DNA of 64,000 nucleotides from Malacoraja senta (Eukaryota), in contig CM075998.1 in NCBI GenBank assembly GCA_038087875.1, forward strand, positions 6,574,001 through 6,638,000, written 5' to 3'. The notes below the pieces were generated by a model that was given only the letters and a program-made list of their open reading frames with translations, had not been told where the DNA came from and searched no databases. Positions 25,470 through 39,016 of this stretch are shown piece by piece (position 1 is the stretch's first letter; each line of letters opens with the position of its first letter). Both the position numbers and the translations under genes were made by a program.

Positions 25470-27325
25470 ATAAGTTCACGTTATGGGAGTAGAATTAGGC
25501 CATTCGCCCATCGGGTCTACTCCACCATTCAATCATGGCTGAGCTCTGCCTACTAATCCCATTTTACTGCCTTCTCCCCACAACCCTTGACACCTGTTCT
25601 TTTTTATTATTTTTTTATTTATTTTTATTTTCACCGTTTATTTTTGTAATTTTTTTTATTAGAAGTATTGTACATTGCAGTGATATCAAGCAAACATAAA
25701 ATGATACATTTCTTGTACCCCTTCTTATTTTAAACTTTAAAAAGAAGAAAGATAGAAAGAGTTAGCAAAGATAGTGAGTGAATGAAAGAGTGGTCCAGAG
25801 AAACCCGTAGGGACCTAAACCACAAGAAAGAGTTAAACAGAAAACCAAAGAAAAAGAAAGAAAACAAATAAAGAACAGAAAGTAAGATAAGCTAAGATAA
25901 GATAAAAGGGATGTACCTACTTCGTATCTTTACACACCCCTCACCAGGTCCTGAAACCATTTATTTTCAACGTTTTGTTGCACCCTATATTTGTAATAAG
26001 TCGATAAATGGAGAGCAAATCTTTTGGAAATGGTCTGATTTGCCTGCTAAGAGGAATCTCATGTCTTCCAGGTGTAACATTTCGGACATATTAGAAATCC
26101 ACATTTTTATCGTTGGTGTGGGAGCGTTTTTCCAGAATTTAAGTATAGGTTTTTTTGCCATTATTAAGCCGTAATTAAGGAAACTCTTTTGGAACAAAGT
26201 CAGCTCAAAGCTGGCTTCTATTGTTCCGAAAATAATCAGTTCTGCATTCGGTTTCAGTTTCATTTTAAATAATTTCATAAAAATTTCAAAGATTTAATTC
26301 CAAAATGTTTGGATTTTTATACAAAAAACAAAAGAATGTGCTATAGTTGCTTCTTGGGATAGACATTTATCACAGATGGAAGAAACATTTGGATAAAATG
26401 TATTTATTTTAGTTTTTGAGTAGTATAGTCTATGTAAAGTTTTAAATTAAATTAGAATGTGTCTTACATTAATCGAGCATTTGTGCACATATAGCAAGTG
26501 TTTATCCCAACTCTCTTTCGAGATTTTTATAGCTAGTTCTTGTTCCCAATCTCTTCTAATTCTATCAGATGATGGTATTTCTATATTATACAAGTATGAT
26601 ATTAAATTAGTTGATTCCGCCTTTATATTCATTGCATCGTCTAATAGGTCTGGAGATAAATTTTGATATTCTTGTGTATATTTTTTCAAATAGTCACGGA
26701 TTTGAAAATATTTAAAATATTGATTACTTCTCAAATTGTATTTAAGTTGTAATTGGTGAAATGATAAAAAAAAATACCATTATCATACATGTCTCCAAAC
26801 GTTTTAATTCCTATTCTGTCCCAGTGTGTAAATGATTTATCTATAGTAGATGGTTTAAACGACGGATTATTAACTATAGGTGAGAGAAGCGATAGGTTTC
26901 TTAATTTGACACCTGTTCTAATCAAGAATTTGTCTATCTCTGCCTGAAAAATATCCACTGACTTCCTCCACAGCCCTCTGTGACAATGAGTTCCACAGAT
27001 TAACTACCCTCTGACTAAAGAAGTGCCTTCTCACCTTTTTAAAAGAGTGCCCTGAGGCCATGATCTCTGGTCCTGGACTCTCCCACCAGTGGAAACATCC
27101 TTTCCACATCCACTCTATTTATGCCTTTCACTATTCGGTAAGTTTCAATGAGGTTCCCCCTCATCCTTCTAAACTCCAGCGAGTACAGGCCCAGTGCTGA
27201 CAAACGCTCATCATATGTTAACCCACTCATTCGTGGGATCATTCTTGTAAACCTCTTCTGGATCCTCTCCAGAGCCAGCACATCCTTCCTCAGATATGGG
27301 GCCCAAAACTGCTCACAGTATTCCA
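25470..27325 (-). mobile_element. CR1 3' fragment split by an L1 insertion
   Basis: EYCEQFWAPYLRKD...SLEFRR motifs at 26906-27325, with the tail at 25470-25600. Confidence 0.8.
25601..26905 (-). mobile_element. 5'-truncated L1-clade LINE
   Basis: 14-bp TSD TTGACACCTGTTCT (25587-25600, 26906-26919) and an A-rich tail. ORF2 C-terminal remnants FKYFQIRDY, WEQEL and AKKPILKFWK. Confidence 0.85.
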
Positions 27326-29043
27326 CAGTCTTCATTAAGGAGGACACAAACAATCTTCCTGATATAGTAGTGACAGAGGATCTGGGGTGACGGAGGAACT
27401 GAAGGAAATCCACATTAGGCAGGAAATGGTGTTGGATAGACTGATGGGACTGAAGGCTGATAAATCCCCAGGGCCTGATGGTCTGCATCCCAGGGTACTT
27501 AAGGAAGTGGCTCTAGAAGTCGTGGATGCATTGGTGATAATTTTCGAATGTTCTATGGACTCAGGATCGGTTCCTGTAGATTGGAGGGTAGCTAATGTTA
27601 TCCCACTTTTTAAGAAAGGCGGGAGAGAGTAAACAGGGAATTATAGACCAGTTAGCCTGACACATCGGTGGTGGGGAAGATGCTGGAGTCAATTATAAAA
27701 GATGAAATGGCCGAACATTTGGATAGTAGTAACAGGATCGGTCCGAGTCAGCATGGATTTACGAAGGGGAAATCACGCTTGACTAATCTTCTGGAATTTT
27801 TTGAAGATGTAACTAGGAAAACGGACAAGGGAGAGCCAGTGGATGTAGTGTACCTGGACTTTCAGAAAGCATTTGAAAAGGTCCCGCATAGGAGATTAGT
27901 GGGCAAAATTGGGGCACATGGTATTGGGGGTAGAGTGCTGACATGGATAGAGAAGTGGTTGGCAGACAGGAAACAAAGAGTAGGGATTAACGGGTCCCTT
28001 TCAGAATGGCAGGCAGTGACTAGTGGGGTACCGCAAGGCTCGGTGCTGGGACCGCAGCTATTTACAATATACATCAATCATTTGGATGAAGGGATTCAAA
28101 GTAACATTAGCAAATTTGCAGATGACACAAAGCTGGGTGGCAGTGTGAACTGTGAGGAGGATGCTATGAGAATGCAGGGTGACTTGGACAGGTTGGGGGA
28201 GTGGGCAGATGCATGGCAGATGAAGTTTAATGCGGATAAATGTGAGGTTATCCACTTTGGTAGCAAAAACAGGAAGGCAGATTACTATCTAAATGGCGTC
28301 AAGTTGGGAAAAGGGGAAGTACAATGGGATCTGGGGGTCCTTGTTCATCAGTCTATGAAAGTACGCATGCAGGTACAGCAGGCAGTGAAGAAAGCGAATG
28401 GCATGTTGGCCTTTATAACAAGAGGAATCGAATAGAGGAGCAAAGAGGTCCTTCTGCAGTTGTACAGAGCCCTAGTGAGACCACACCTGGAGTTTTGTGT
28501 GCAGTTTTGGTCCCCTAATTTGAGGAAGGACATTCTTGCTATTGAGGGAATGCAGCGTAGCTTTACAAGGTTAATTCCCGGGATGGCGGGACTGTCATAT
28601 GCTGAGAGAATGGAGCAGCTGGGCTTGTACACTCTGGAGTTTAGAAGGATGAGAGGGTATCTCATTGAAACATATAAGATTGTTAAGGGTTTGGACACGC
28701 TAGAGGCAGGAAACATGTTCCCGATGTTGGGGGAGTCCAGAACCAGGGCCCACAGTTTAAGAATATGGAGTAAGCCATTTAGAACGGAGACGAGGAAACA
28801 CTTTTTCTCACAGAGAGTGGTGAGTCTGTGGAATTCTCTGCCTCAGAGGGCGGTGGAGGCCGGTTCTCTGGATGCTTTCAAGAGAGAGCTAGATAGGGCT
28901 CTTAAAAATAGCGGAGTCAGGGGATATGGGGAGAAGGCAGGAACGGGGTACTGATTGGGGATGATCAGCCATGATCACATTGAATGGCGGTGCTGGCTCG
29001 AAGGGCTGAATGGCCTAATCCTGCACCTATTGTCTATTGTCTA
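27325..29043 (+). mobile_element. CR1 LINE RT domain and 3' end
   Basis: [29 protein letters not shown] and KFADDTK motifs, (TATTGTC)n tail, premature stops. Confidence 0.95.
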
Positions 29044-30627
29044 AATGCGGCCTGACCAGTGCCTTATAGAGCCTCAGCGTTACATCTCTGGAGAACGTGG
29101 ACAGGTGACGTTTTGGGTCGAGACCTTTCTGAGGACTGATTTTGGTGGGGGAGGGGGTGGGGGGGGCGTAAGAAAGTGGGCAGAGGCTGGACAAAGTGCG
29201 GCAGGTATTGGGTGGGATTTATTGACAGGCAAATGGTCGCAAACAATGCCATCTCTCCCCACATGTTGCTGGACCTGCATCTCCAGCATGTTCTGCTTTT
29301 ATTTCTGCTCTAAAAGAAATAAATAAGAGAACTGCAGAAATTTTAGTCATAATTTTTCAAATCTCACTCTTTGAAATTGTGATTAGATTTAAAACTGCTA
29401 ATGTAGCTCCAGTATTTAAGAAGGAATAGAAAGAGAAGTCAACCGGCTTCATGTCGGTCTGTCTAAATCAGTTGTGTGGAAGCAACAGGAATTTAGCACA
29501 AGGGATAAACTGATTGTACTCTTGAACAAATATAAGATAATCTAAGAGAATCAACATAGCTTTAAAGGTAGGTCATGTGTAATCAATGCAGCAGGATGTT
29601 TTCATCAGTTAAGTAATGTCAACAAGGGAGTATCTGTGGACTTACAGATTCTATGACATTCTACATATGAGGTAATTCATAACAATGAGAATACTTTCTC
29701 ATCCTGGTCTTCTATCCCTTAGGGTCAAAGATAACTCCAGTTCTGTGCTTCTGAAGTGACAGTATGGAACCTGCAGAGCTGGTCATCGAAAATCGTAATG
29801 GGTACTTGACTTGAGAGAGCATTGAATTGCAATGAAGCAAGTGGCTTGACTTGAGGATTGGTTGAGCTTTAGGAGACTGAGAATAAATGATACATAATAT
29901 GTCAGAATGTGACCAAATAATCTGGTCTAGAGTGTACATTTCTTCACATATTAACATCTTGGATGAAGGAGTAGATAGTTGAATATCCAAGCTTGCAGAT
30001 GACTAAATTCGCACACAGTGTTGGTAGAAATAGGAACAAAATTGGTTGTAGACAGATTGTGTGAAGGCAAAATGAGGCCTCTATTAAATAGGTGGAAAAT
30101 TGCTTCTAAATCATCTGGTTGTAATTATTGATCCAAAAGAGTACCAAGCTCTTGTGGATGTCGCTGGCAGGGTAGGTTGCCTTTGAGTAGATGTTAATGA
30201 TCTGCATTCTTAGCCATTGAATTCATGTCTGGACTTAGATTGCAATAAATGTTGGGCTCCATGTCAGAAATCTCACAAATGTCCAGTTGTGACACTAAGG
30301 TTGTTACGTTTGAATATTTGCCATATTCAATTCAAGTATTTGCAAGACTTGTAGGGCAGTTACAACTTAAGTGCATTGCCATGAGCGGGTGATTTTTGCT
30401 TGCTCTTGTTTCCCCGGGAATCAATGTTCATATTGCTGTCATATTGCTGCCTACGTGAGTGAACGATCCATAATTTCAGGCCGCAAAAGAAACTACTGGG
30501 ATTGTTTTTATTTTCCTTATGTGGAAGCTGATAAACAAATGAGTCATACGGTGTAGAAACAGGCCCTTCAGCCCAACTTGCCCACATCGACCAATATGCC
30601 CCATCTACACTAGTCCCACCTGCTGCG

Positions 30628-30930
30628 TTTAGTTTAGAGATACCGTGTGGAAACAGGCCCTTCGGCCCACCGGGTCCGCGCCGACCAGCAATCCCCGCGC
30701 ATTAAGACTATCCTACACCCACTAGGGACAATTTTTACATTTACCAAGCCAATTAACCTACAAACATGTATGTCTTTGGAATGTGGAAGGGAACCGAAGA
30801 TCACGGAGAAAACCCACGCAGGTCACGGGGAGAACATACAAACTCCGCAGAGACAGCACCCGTAGTCAGGATGGAACCCATGTATCCGGCGCTGCATTCG
30901 TGGTAAGGCAGCAACTCTACCACTGCGCCA
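30628..30930 (-). mobile_element. HE1-type V-SINE inside a CR1 tail (30540-31220)
   Basis: Full SINE in reverse orientation, flanked by minus-strand CR1 3' sequence. Confidence 0.85.
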
Positions 30931-31349
30931 TATCCCTCTAATTCTCTCCTATCCATGATATCTAAATGTTTCTTAAATGTTGGGATAGTACCTGCCCCAA
31001 CTACCTCCTCCGGCAGCTTGTTCCATACATCCACCATCCTTTTGTGTAAAAAAAAGTTACCCCCCAGGTTCCTATTAAACCTTTCCCCCCTCACCTTAAA
31101 CTTATGTCCTCTGGTTCTCGATTTCCCCTACTCTGGGCAAAAGACTCTGTGCATTTATCCAATCTATTCCTTATGATTTTGTACACTTCTTTAAGATCAC
31201 CCCTCACCCTCCTGTGCTCAAAATGCTTTTGAATATGATCTCTCTGAGCATGAGCTGTGAAATACATTAGATCCTCATTTTGATATTGAATGTTAATAAA
31301 TCGTGCAAAAAAATTGTGCAGTTTACAAACTGTCTTCCTGCCAAAGACT

Positions 31350-32650
31350 CGTGGCGCAGCTGGTAGAGTTGCTGCCTCACAGTGCCAGAGACCAGGTTCG
31401 ATCCTGACCTCGGATGCTGTCTGTATGGTCTTTGCACGTTCTCCTTGTGACCACGTGGGTTTCCTCCCACATCTCAAAGACGTGCGGGTGTGTAGGTTAA
31501 TTGCCCCTCTGTAAATAAGCGAGTTCGGTATTCTGAAAAACGCAAGGAATCATGGGATTTCTCAGTCTCTGGCTATAAAGAAAAAGCGAATGAAGCGCTG
31601 GCTGCATAAACTGTTTGTAAATTCTTATCTTTATTCATGATTTATTTGTAAAACTATATTTAATCTGAGGAACGGGGGTGCCAGGCAGCGGGAGAGCGGG
31701 GTGTAACAGCGCGAGAGAGGGGGTAGATGCCAGTAGGAGACAGGGGTGAGCTTCATCCATAGCCCGGGACGTGCCCTTGTCCCCGGCATTGCGGGCGCTG
31801 CCGAGCCGCCACTGGACCCCCCCCCCAGGGGGCGGTCGGAGACGTCCGGGGCGACCCCGGAGCGGCGGCCCACAGGCTCGCGAGGGGAGGGGGGAGGCGC
31901 CTGCTCCAGCCTGGCCCCGCTCCTACTTCCGAAGAACCCATTCCTTTTCTCCGGGGATGCTGCCCATCCAGCCGAGCCGTCTCAGCACCCCATGCGCACC
32001 CAGGCCGGCGCTCGGCCCCCGCCACCACCAAACCTCTCCGTGTGAGTCACAACACCCTCCACCTGCAGGGCCTTTGATGTCGGAAGACTACAAGCATCTC
32101 CAGTGGAACTGATTGCCTGTCCCAGCTCCGACTGACTCACTGTTTGTAATGACTCATGCCCTCCACCGAGGGGGCAAACCGACGGCCACTGGACAGGGAG
32201 AGAGGCGTGGCCGACGGTCCCTGGCCCGCCGGGGGACCGCCCCCCCAGGAGCCGGAGCCAGACTGAGCCGGGCCCGACACCTCCGGCCACCTCCGGACGG
32301 GGACCGGACACTCGGGGGGAGGGGGGGGATGGCCCAGCGGCGGCAACCGCACCCGATCATGGACCCCGACCATGACCCCAGGGAGCAGCACAAAGCATAA
32401 AGCACTCGCTGAAACGAAGGTCAGATAACCAAAGATAACACACAGCAGATCCGCACCCGGCAATGTTTTTCGCGAGTGACATATGACCTGGGCATGCGCA
32501 GTCGGAATACCAAATTCGCTTATTGCCCCTAGTCTGTAGGGAGTGGATGAGAAAGTGGGATTACTTAGAACAAGTGTGAATGGGTGATCGATGGTGGGCG
32601 TGGACTCTGTGGGCCAAAGGGTCTGTTTCCATGCTGTATCTCTAAACTAA
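31350..32650 (+). mobile_element. HE1-type V-SINE interrupted by a DNA transposon
   Basis: Head at 31350-31516 and tail at 32522-32650 rejoin as CTGTAAATTGCCCCTAGT, matching the uninterrupted copy near 57125. Confidence 0.85.
31517..32521. mobile_element. Non-autonomous TIR DNA transposon with a 2-bp AT TSD (ISL2EU-like)
   Basis: TIRs AAGCGAGTTCGGTATTCTGA / AAGCGAATTTGGTATTCCGA (rc). AT is duplicated relative to the reconstructed SINE target. Confidence 0.75.
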
Positions 32651-34605
32651 AGGCAATTGGAATTCTGGTGTGCTTCTTGGGCAGTCCCTTGGGTTGAGGA
32701 TGACTTGCTTCCACTCCAGTTCTGAGGTGGCTGATGAAGCCAGTGTGGTACCTGCAAACTCAGCAACAAGTCAGGCAGGTGGTGTTCCAGGGCCAATTGG
32801 GTGGTATAGTTCGGAATAGTGTTTATCCTAGGCTTCTTTATACTTCTGACTCAGATCAGGCAGAACTTGTGTACATTGAACTGCCATTTCTTGCCTGTCT
32901 TGTCTTAGTCAGATTGGTGATGTCAATGTCAACGTATCCGAGTTCCCAGTCTACAATTGCAGATTGATGTTCAGGTCTGTCACCATTAGGGTTGTCCATG
33001 TGGACCTGATGTTCCGGGTCCGAGCTGCTTTACTGAGTGGTCTATGTGTGTTCTTTTAATGTGGATTAAATACCATGTGTGCTTGACAGAGCGAGGTCTG
33101 GGTCCAGCTGCAAGGGAGTCTGCTATGATTGTAGACCAGGCTCTGCTGCATGGACATTTTGCACGCACATGTAAAATTGATTCGTGTTTAGATGCCTATC
33201 ACCATGTATGAGGCACGGTCATAGGTGAGCCTCGGCCTGGACATCATTACTAAACTGCCACCATGTCTCACTTTCAGTCCTTATTACCCTCAGCTTCTCC
33301 TGTCCCTCAATGTCCCTACGATTCCTAATTTCCTCCCACTCCCTTAGTTCTCCTGGTGTGCAGTTCTGATGGCTTTGAGAGTACATTAAGATGAAGGGGG
33401 AAACCATATTTAGATTTGTCATTATATGAAATGGGCACGTTCTCCTTCAGGAAGAGATGTCAGAGATGAGGTTTTTATGATTCTAAGGGGGACTCTGTTA
33501 TGAAAGGTATCATGAACTTTACCTTGTCCAGAACAGCAGAAATAGATGCACTTGATGGAATGCAAATTGAAATTGAATCTGTGGAAGTAGTACTTCAGGG
33601 AGTGAGTGGTCAATCTATGGAACCGACTAAGGAGTATTCAGTACAATAAGTAATAAATAGAATGTTGCAAGGGTGATAAAGCACAGGGGATAGTGGTTCT
33701 TCTCCAGATGTACGAAGCCTTGTAGATATCCTACTTGGCATAGTCTTGCAGCTTTGACTGGATTAGGACAGGTTGGTAGAGAGCATTAGTCTTGCAGACA
33801 TTGAATATAAGGCCCATGCTCTCGTGCTTCAGTGAAAAGTCGATGGTAACTTGGAACCTGTCGTCTGAGAGTGTACAAATGCAAGTGTTATCTGAGTACT
33901 GCTGAGTAACTCAGCAGGTCAGGCAGCATCCTTGGAGAACATGGATAGGGATGTTTTGGGTTGGGTCCCTTCTTCTGACCTTGGTTCTATAGTTTAGTAT
34001 TCTGCATTGCGAAGAGGAAGGTGCAACAGGATCTCTGAGATGCTGTTATCATGACCATCTGCAAGAAACAGGACAAATAATAACTAACCACTGCTGTCTG
34101 AGAAGGAGAAAACTATCAGCAGGGTCCTCCTCAACTGCCTCCTCCCAGTGGCCAAATTCTGTCGATCTAGCGTCAGAATGAGTCATATCTATAGGCAAAT
34201 GTAGAGAGCAGCACCAGCCACGACACACGTCCTTTTTCAACCTTGCTAAACCTTTGACTTCATCATCTGGGTACTTATATAGAGTTGTCTTCATTTTGCA
34301 TTTGCTTTGTGATGGCATGCAAGCTGTGATCCAAACATCTGGTCAACAACAGAACCAATCTTAGAGAAGACTCCAAGATGTATAGAGTCATACAGCACTT
34401 CTGCCCAACTTGCCCATGCCAACCAAGATGCCCATTCTACACGTCCCACTTGCCCGCGTTTGGGCCATATCCCTCTAAACCTTTCCTATCCAAAAATGTA
34501 CCCTGCCACTTTTCTCAATCTTTCTTATCTCGCCTGCAACAAATTTCATGTGGGGATGGAGTTTTAAGGGGAAGCTGTTAAGGAGCCGTTTTCGCCAATG
34601 CTTAA

Positions 34606-34806
34606 AGGGCCTGTCCCACTTGGCCGCCATATGCGCGTAATTTACGCGACATCATTTACGCGTCACGATGCACGACGCGCGCATGGTGCGTGGTGAGATA
34701 GGCAGTGACGCGCGGTCGCACGCGGCTCCCCAGGATTTTGGGATGTACAAAATCTTTGCGCGCCATCTGCGTGACGTGCAAATGACGGCTAAGTGGGACA
34801 GGCCCT
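34606..34806. mobile_element. PIF/Harbinger-like MITE
   Basis: Perfect 16-bp TIR AGGGCCTGTCCCACTT, TAA on both sides (34603-34605, 34807-34809), CpG-rich semi-palindromic interior. Confidence 0.8.
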
Positions 34807-35884
34807 TAAAGGTTCGCTAATTTAAATCCTAGGCTGAAGGAGGCTGCCTTATGAGAAAACATTTAGCAGCTTGAGCTTCTACTTTCTGGAGTTGAGAAGA
34901 ACGAAGAAGAACAAGGTCTCAGGGGACTTTAGGGGTTTGTTGCAAAGAGGATGTTTCTGCTTATGAGGGTGCCAAGAGCTGGAGGCATAATCTTACATTT
35001 AGGGGTTGCCACTAGACTGTGATGAGAAGAAATCTCTTAGTCACAGTCAAATAGCACAGAAGCAGGCCTTTCGGCCCAACTTGCCCATGCCAACCAAGAT
35101 GCCCCATCTACACCAGTGCCACCTGCTCGCGTTTGGCTCATATCCCTCTTAACGTTTGCTAACCATGTACCTGTCCAAATGTCTTTTAAATATTGTTATA
35201 GTACCTGCCTCAACTACCTCATCTGGCAGCTTGTTCCATATACCCACCACCCTCTTCAGTGAGGATTGTGAATCTTTGAAATTCTCCATCTCGATGCACT
35301 TTGCAGGCTGAGTCAATGAGAATATTCAGGATTAAACGTTTGGATTGGATCCATTAATAAATCTGAGATGAGTAGGTGTTACTGGCTCAGGGTATGAAAG
35401 TGTCTGGAGCCAATGTGGTTGAATGGTGTTAGAATGTAGATCAGACGTAATTAGATAGAGTGGTAGAACAGGCTCAAGGGGCTGAATGACCTAACCCTCT
35501 GTTCTTTTTTTTTAACCTTTCGAGAGGTATATGTTTCAAACGTGTATTGTTAATGTTTTTAAAGTGCCAAAATGATGACATTCTGCCCACATAAATACAT
35601 CAAAAGAGCTATCCAGCAAGACAAGCTTGGCAAATAGCTTGGGGAGATGTGAGGTTGTTTCTTTTTCAGAGAGGCAATCAGCTCTTAAATGAGCAGTGCC
35701 TACAGTGGACATGGATTTGTTGCAAGTCACATTGACTGAATTTTTCTCTTATTGTTACTATGGTTGAAGGAGCAATATTCTCTTGGTGAATCCCTGCTCC
35801 TTTTCAAATAGTTTATACTTAGATTATACACTTTTACTGCAGCTCTCATTATGAAGTACATGCAGTATTTGTATATGGAATGAA

Positions 35885-36100
35885 AGGCAGATGCTTGTTT
35901 ACACCAAAGATAGACACAAAATGCTGTAGTAACTCAGCGGGTCAGGCAGCATCTCTGGAGAGAAGGAATAGGTGACTCTTCGCGTCGAGACCCTTCTTCA
36001 AACGGGTCTGAAGAAGGGTCTCGACCCAAAATGTCTCCTATTCCTTTTATCCATAGATGCTGCTTAACCCGCTGAGTTACTACAGCATTTTCTGTCCATC
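35885..36100. repeat. Head-to-head inverted pair of PLE terminal repeats
   Basis: ...GAGACCCTTCTTCAAAC / GGGTCTGAAGAAGGGTCTC... with ~90-bp complementary arms. Confidence 0.85.
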
Positions 36101-37549
36101 TACATGCAGTAGATATTGCACTGAAGTATCAGCATACATTGCCTTCTCATTCCTGGAATAGCAATTTGTTTTCCTGTGTATGGCAAAGGTGGTGTTGTGC
36201 AGACCCCATGAACATTTTCATATTTGAATGAATATCAGAAATCAGGAAAGGTTCAGATAGGATGTGGGCCAAATGCGAGCAGGTGGGACGAGTGTAGATG
36301 GGGTATCTTGGTTGGCATGGGCAAGTTGGGCTGAAGGGCGTATTTCCATGCGGTAAGACTGACTATATCTGTCGAATGAAAGTGGTAAAAAGATTATACA
36401 GCTTTTGGGGCATTACATTAAACATTTATAGGTTGCACAAATACTTTTTTTGTCCTGTTGTAATGCAGTTATCTTTCTAGAGTTGTAGATTGCCCACAGC
36501 GGAAGAATAGAAATTGCTATATCGTAGGCAACTCCCTTTTAATTCACAGAATGATGCATTGTGGCACGAGATTTGCTACTGAAGAATTTAAAAAAATTGA
36601 TTTGTCAACTTGAATCGAAGTCAACTTAAATGCAGCACAAAAGTATTCTAACCGGGTAGCGTAAATATGTAGGAAACCTTATATTTTGTTTGGGCAGCTT
36701 ACACCTGAGCGGTCTGAATATTGACTTCTCTAACTTCAAGTAACCCTTGCTTTCCCTATCTCCATCCGCTTATTGGCCTGACACTGTCACTAAGTTCTCT
36801 ATTTCCTTCCTGTACTCCATCTTATCAATGTTTGTGATTCAGCCCAACACAATGTTGTCATCTGCAAATTTGTCCATGAAGTTAGAGCTGAATTTGGCCA
36901 TCCATTCGTAAGTGTATGAGAGTACAGTCGGGAGTATGATAGAGGACTGAGAATGCATTTTGCAGCCAGGATAGAATTAATTAAAGAGAAATACCAAAAG
37001 ATTAATAAGGAAAAGATCTAAAAAGAATTGGGTCGTGAGATTGTTGATATGATGGTTTTAACTTTAGAAACTTGCCGAGACCTCAAGTCAGGTTTCATTA
37101 GATTGGAAAATAGCAAATGCAGGTATAGGTTTATTATCGTCACATGTACCGAGGTACAGTGAAAAGCTTTGTATTGCATGCAGTCCAAACAGGTCAAGCA
37201 AACCATACAGAAATACAATCAAGTCAAACTTAATAACAATAGTAGAGCACAAGAGTACAGAATATAGTGCTCAGCATTGTAGCGCAAGAATTCCATAGAC
37301 AAAGGCCAATATCCCAATGGGATAGAAGTGAAGTAGACAGGACCGTAGCATATGGAAGGGCCGTTCAGAAGCCTGATAACAAAGGGGAAGAAGCTGTTCG
37401 TGAGTCTGGTGGTGTGCTCTCTCCAGCTTGTGTGTGTCCCCGCCTGATGGGAGTGGGGAGAAGGAGGAACGACCTGTCTGGGACAAGTCTTTGATTATGT
37501 TCACTGCTTTCGCAGCGTGAAGTGAAGATGGAATTCCTTTTGTCAAAAA

Positions 37550-38460
37550 GGGAGACAGAAAGCAGGAAACTATAGGGCAGTTAGCTTAATATCTGTCACA
37601 GGGAAAATGTTAAAAGCTATTATTAGAGTTATCATAGTAGGACACTTCAAAAACAAAATGTCAATGTAATCAGGCAAAGTTGACATGGTTTTGTGAAAGG
37701 GATATAATGTTTGACTAATTTATTGGAGTTCTAATAATAATAATAATAATACATTTTATTTATGGGGGCCTTTCAAATCTCAAGGACACCTTACAAGATT
37801 TAACAAGATTTTACAGTAGAAACATGTAAGCGGAATGAAATAAATAGTAAAGACATCACAAGTACACACAAATTAAACACAGTATGGAAGTTCTGGGAAG
37901 AAGTAATATGCTGTGGATTAAGTGAATTGAGTACCATACTTAGATTTCCAGAAAGCATTTATCAAGGCATCACATCAAAGGATGTTGTGGAGAATCAAAG
38001 TTCATGGTATAGGATGTAATGTTGACATGGATAGAAGATTACCTGGCCAACTTAAAATAGAGAATAGATATAATTGAGTATTTTCCCAGCATGCAAGATG
38101 TTACAAGTGATGTGCCACAAGGATGGGTGCAGTTTATGCAGAAGTGATTTGGATATGGCTGATAAACTTGCCGGTGACACAGTGTTGAGTAAGAAAGTAC
38201 GTTTTGAAGAGGATGGGCCAAATGAGTGGGAAACGGTTTGGCAAATGTAGTTCGATGTGGGGACATGGGAAATTGTGAAATTGTCCTGTTAGGCAGGAAG
38301 AATAAAAAGCCTATTATCTAAATGGTGAGAGATTGCGGAGTTTTGAGATGCCAGGGGATCTGTGTGTCCGAGTGCATATTCGGCAAAAAGCCTAATATGC
38401 AGAAACAAGTAATTGGGAAAGCTAATGGAATGTGATGCTTATTGTATGAGGAACTGAATG
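37550..38460 (+). mobile_element. Old, decayed CR1 RT fragment
   Basis: Degenerate DNA equivalents of NYRPVSL, HGF, LTNLLEF, LDFQKAF and DVPQG. Confidence 0.65.
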
Positions 38461-38464
38461 CAAT

Positions 38465-39016
38465 AGTGGGGAGCTCCGAGAAAAGAGGGGGGAAGAGCCA
38501 TGGGGGAGAGGGGAGTATCACAGGGAGGGGGGCAGGAGCCAGTGAGGGGGGCCAGAAGGGAAGGGGCTGGAGATGCGGGGCAGTGCGTTTGGGACTCGCA
38601 CCGGGCGCTGGACGCTCTCCTCAGCAGGGATCAGACTCTCCGCTTTGTGTTTGGCGACATCTCGACGTCGGGTCGGGCCGGGCTGCTTCCGGTCCCTCTG
38701 AAAATTGTGTCCAGTTGGAGACCTCCGGCCGCCCGCAGCTCCAGTAAAGACGCGATGGCGCAGGAAGGGGCGGACCATCCCGGGGAGTGACAGGAGAAGC
38801 GACCAATCCGCGCGCTGCTGGTTGGCAGGAGAGGAGATCGATCTGCGCATGCACGGTTTTAAAGATTTTTAAACCTCGCTAACTTTTACAACATACTACC
38901 GATTAGAACGAAACTTGGTGCGCTTACAGCACAGGAGAACGGTGAGCGAGCTTGCGCAAATAGAAAAACTGCACAAACCGGAAGAGCACAAGATCAGAGT
39001 TTTAGTTATGTATAGA
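38465..39016 (-). mobile_element. Possible Helitron-like 5' fragment (GC-rich)
   Basis: Minus strand starts A|TCTATACATAACTAAAA next to a (TAGA)n tract. No 3' CTRR or hairpin found. Confidence 0.3.

Noticed and set aside
31630..32470. CpG-island promoter or first exon; overlapping GC-rich ORFs
   Set aside because: Lies wholly inside a TIR/TSD-bounded insert in a SINE. The ORFs reflect low stop-codon density.
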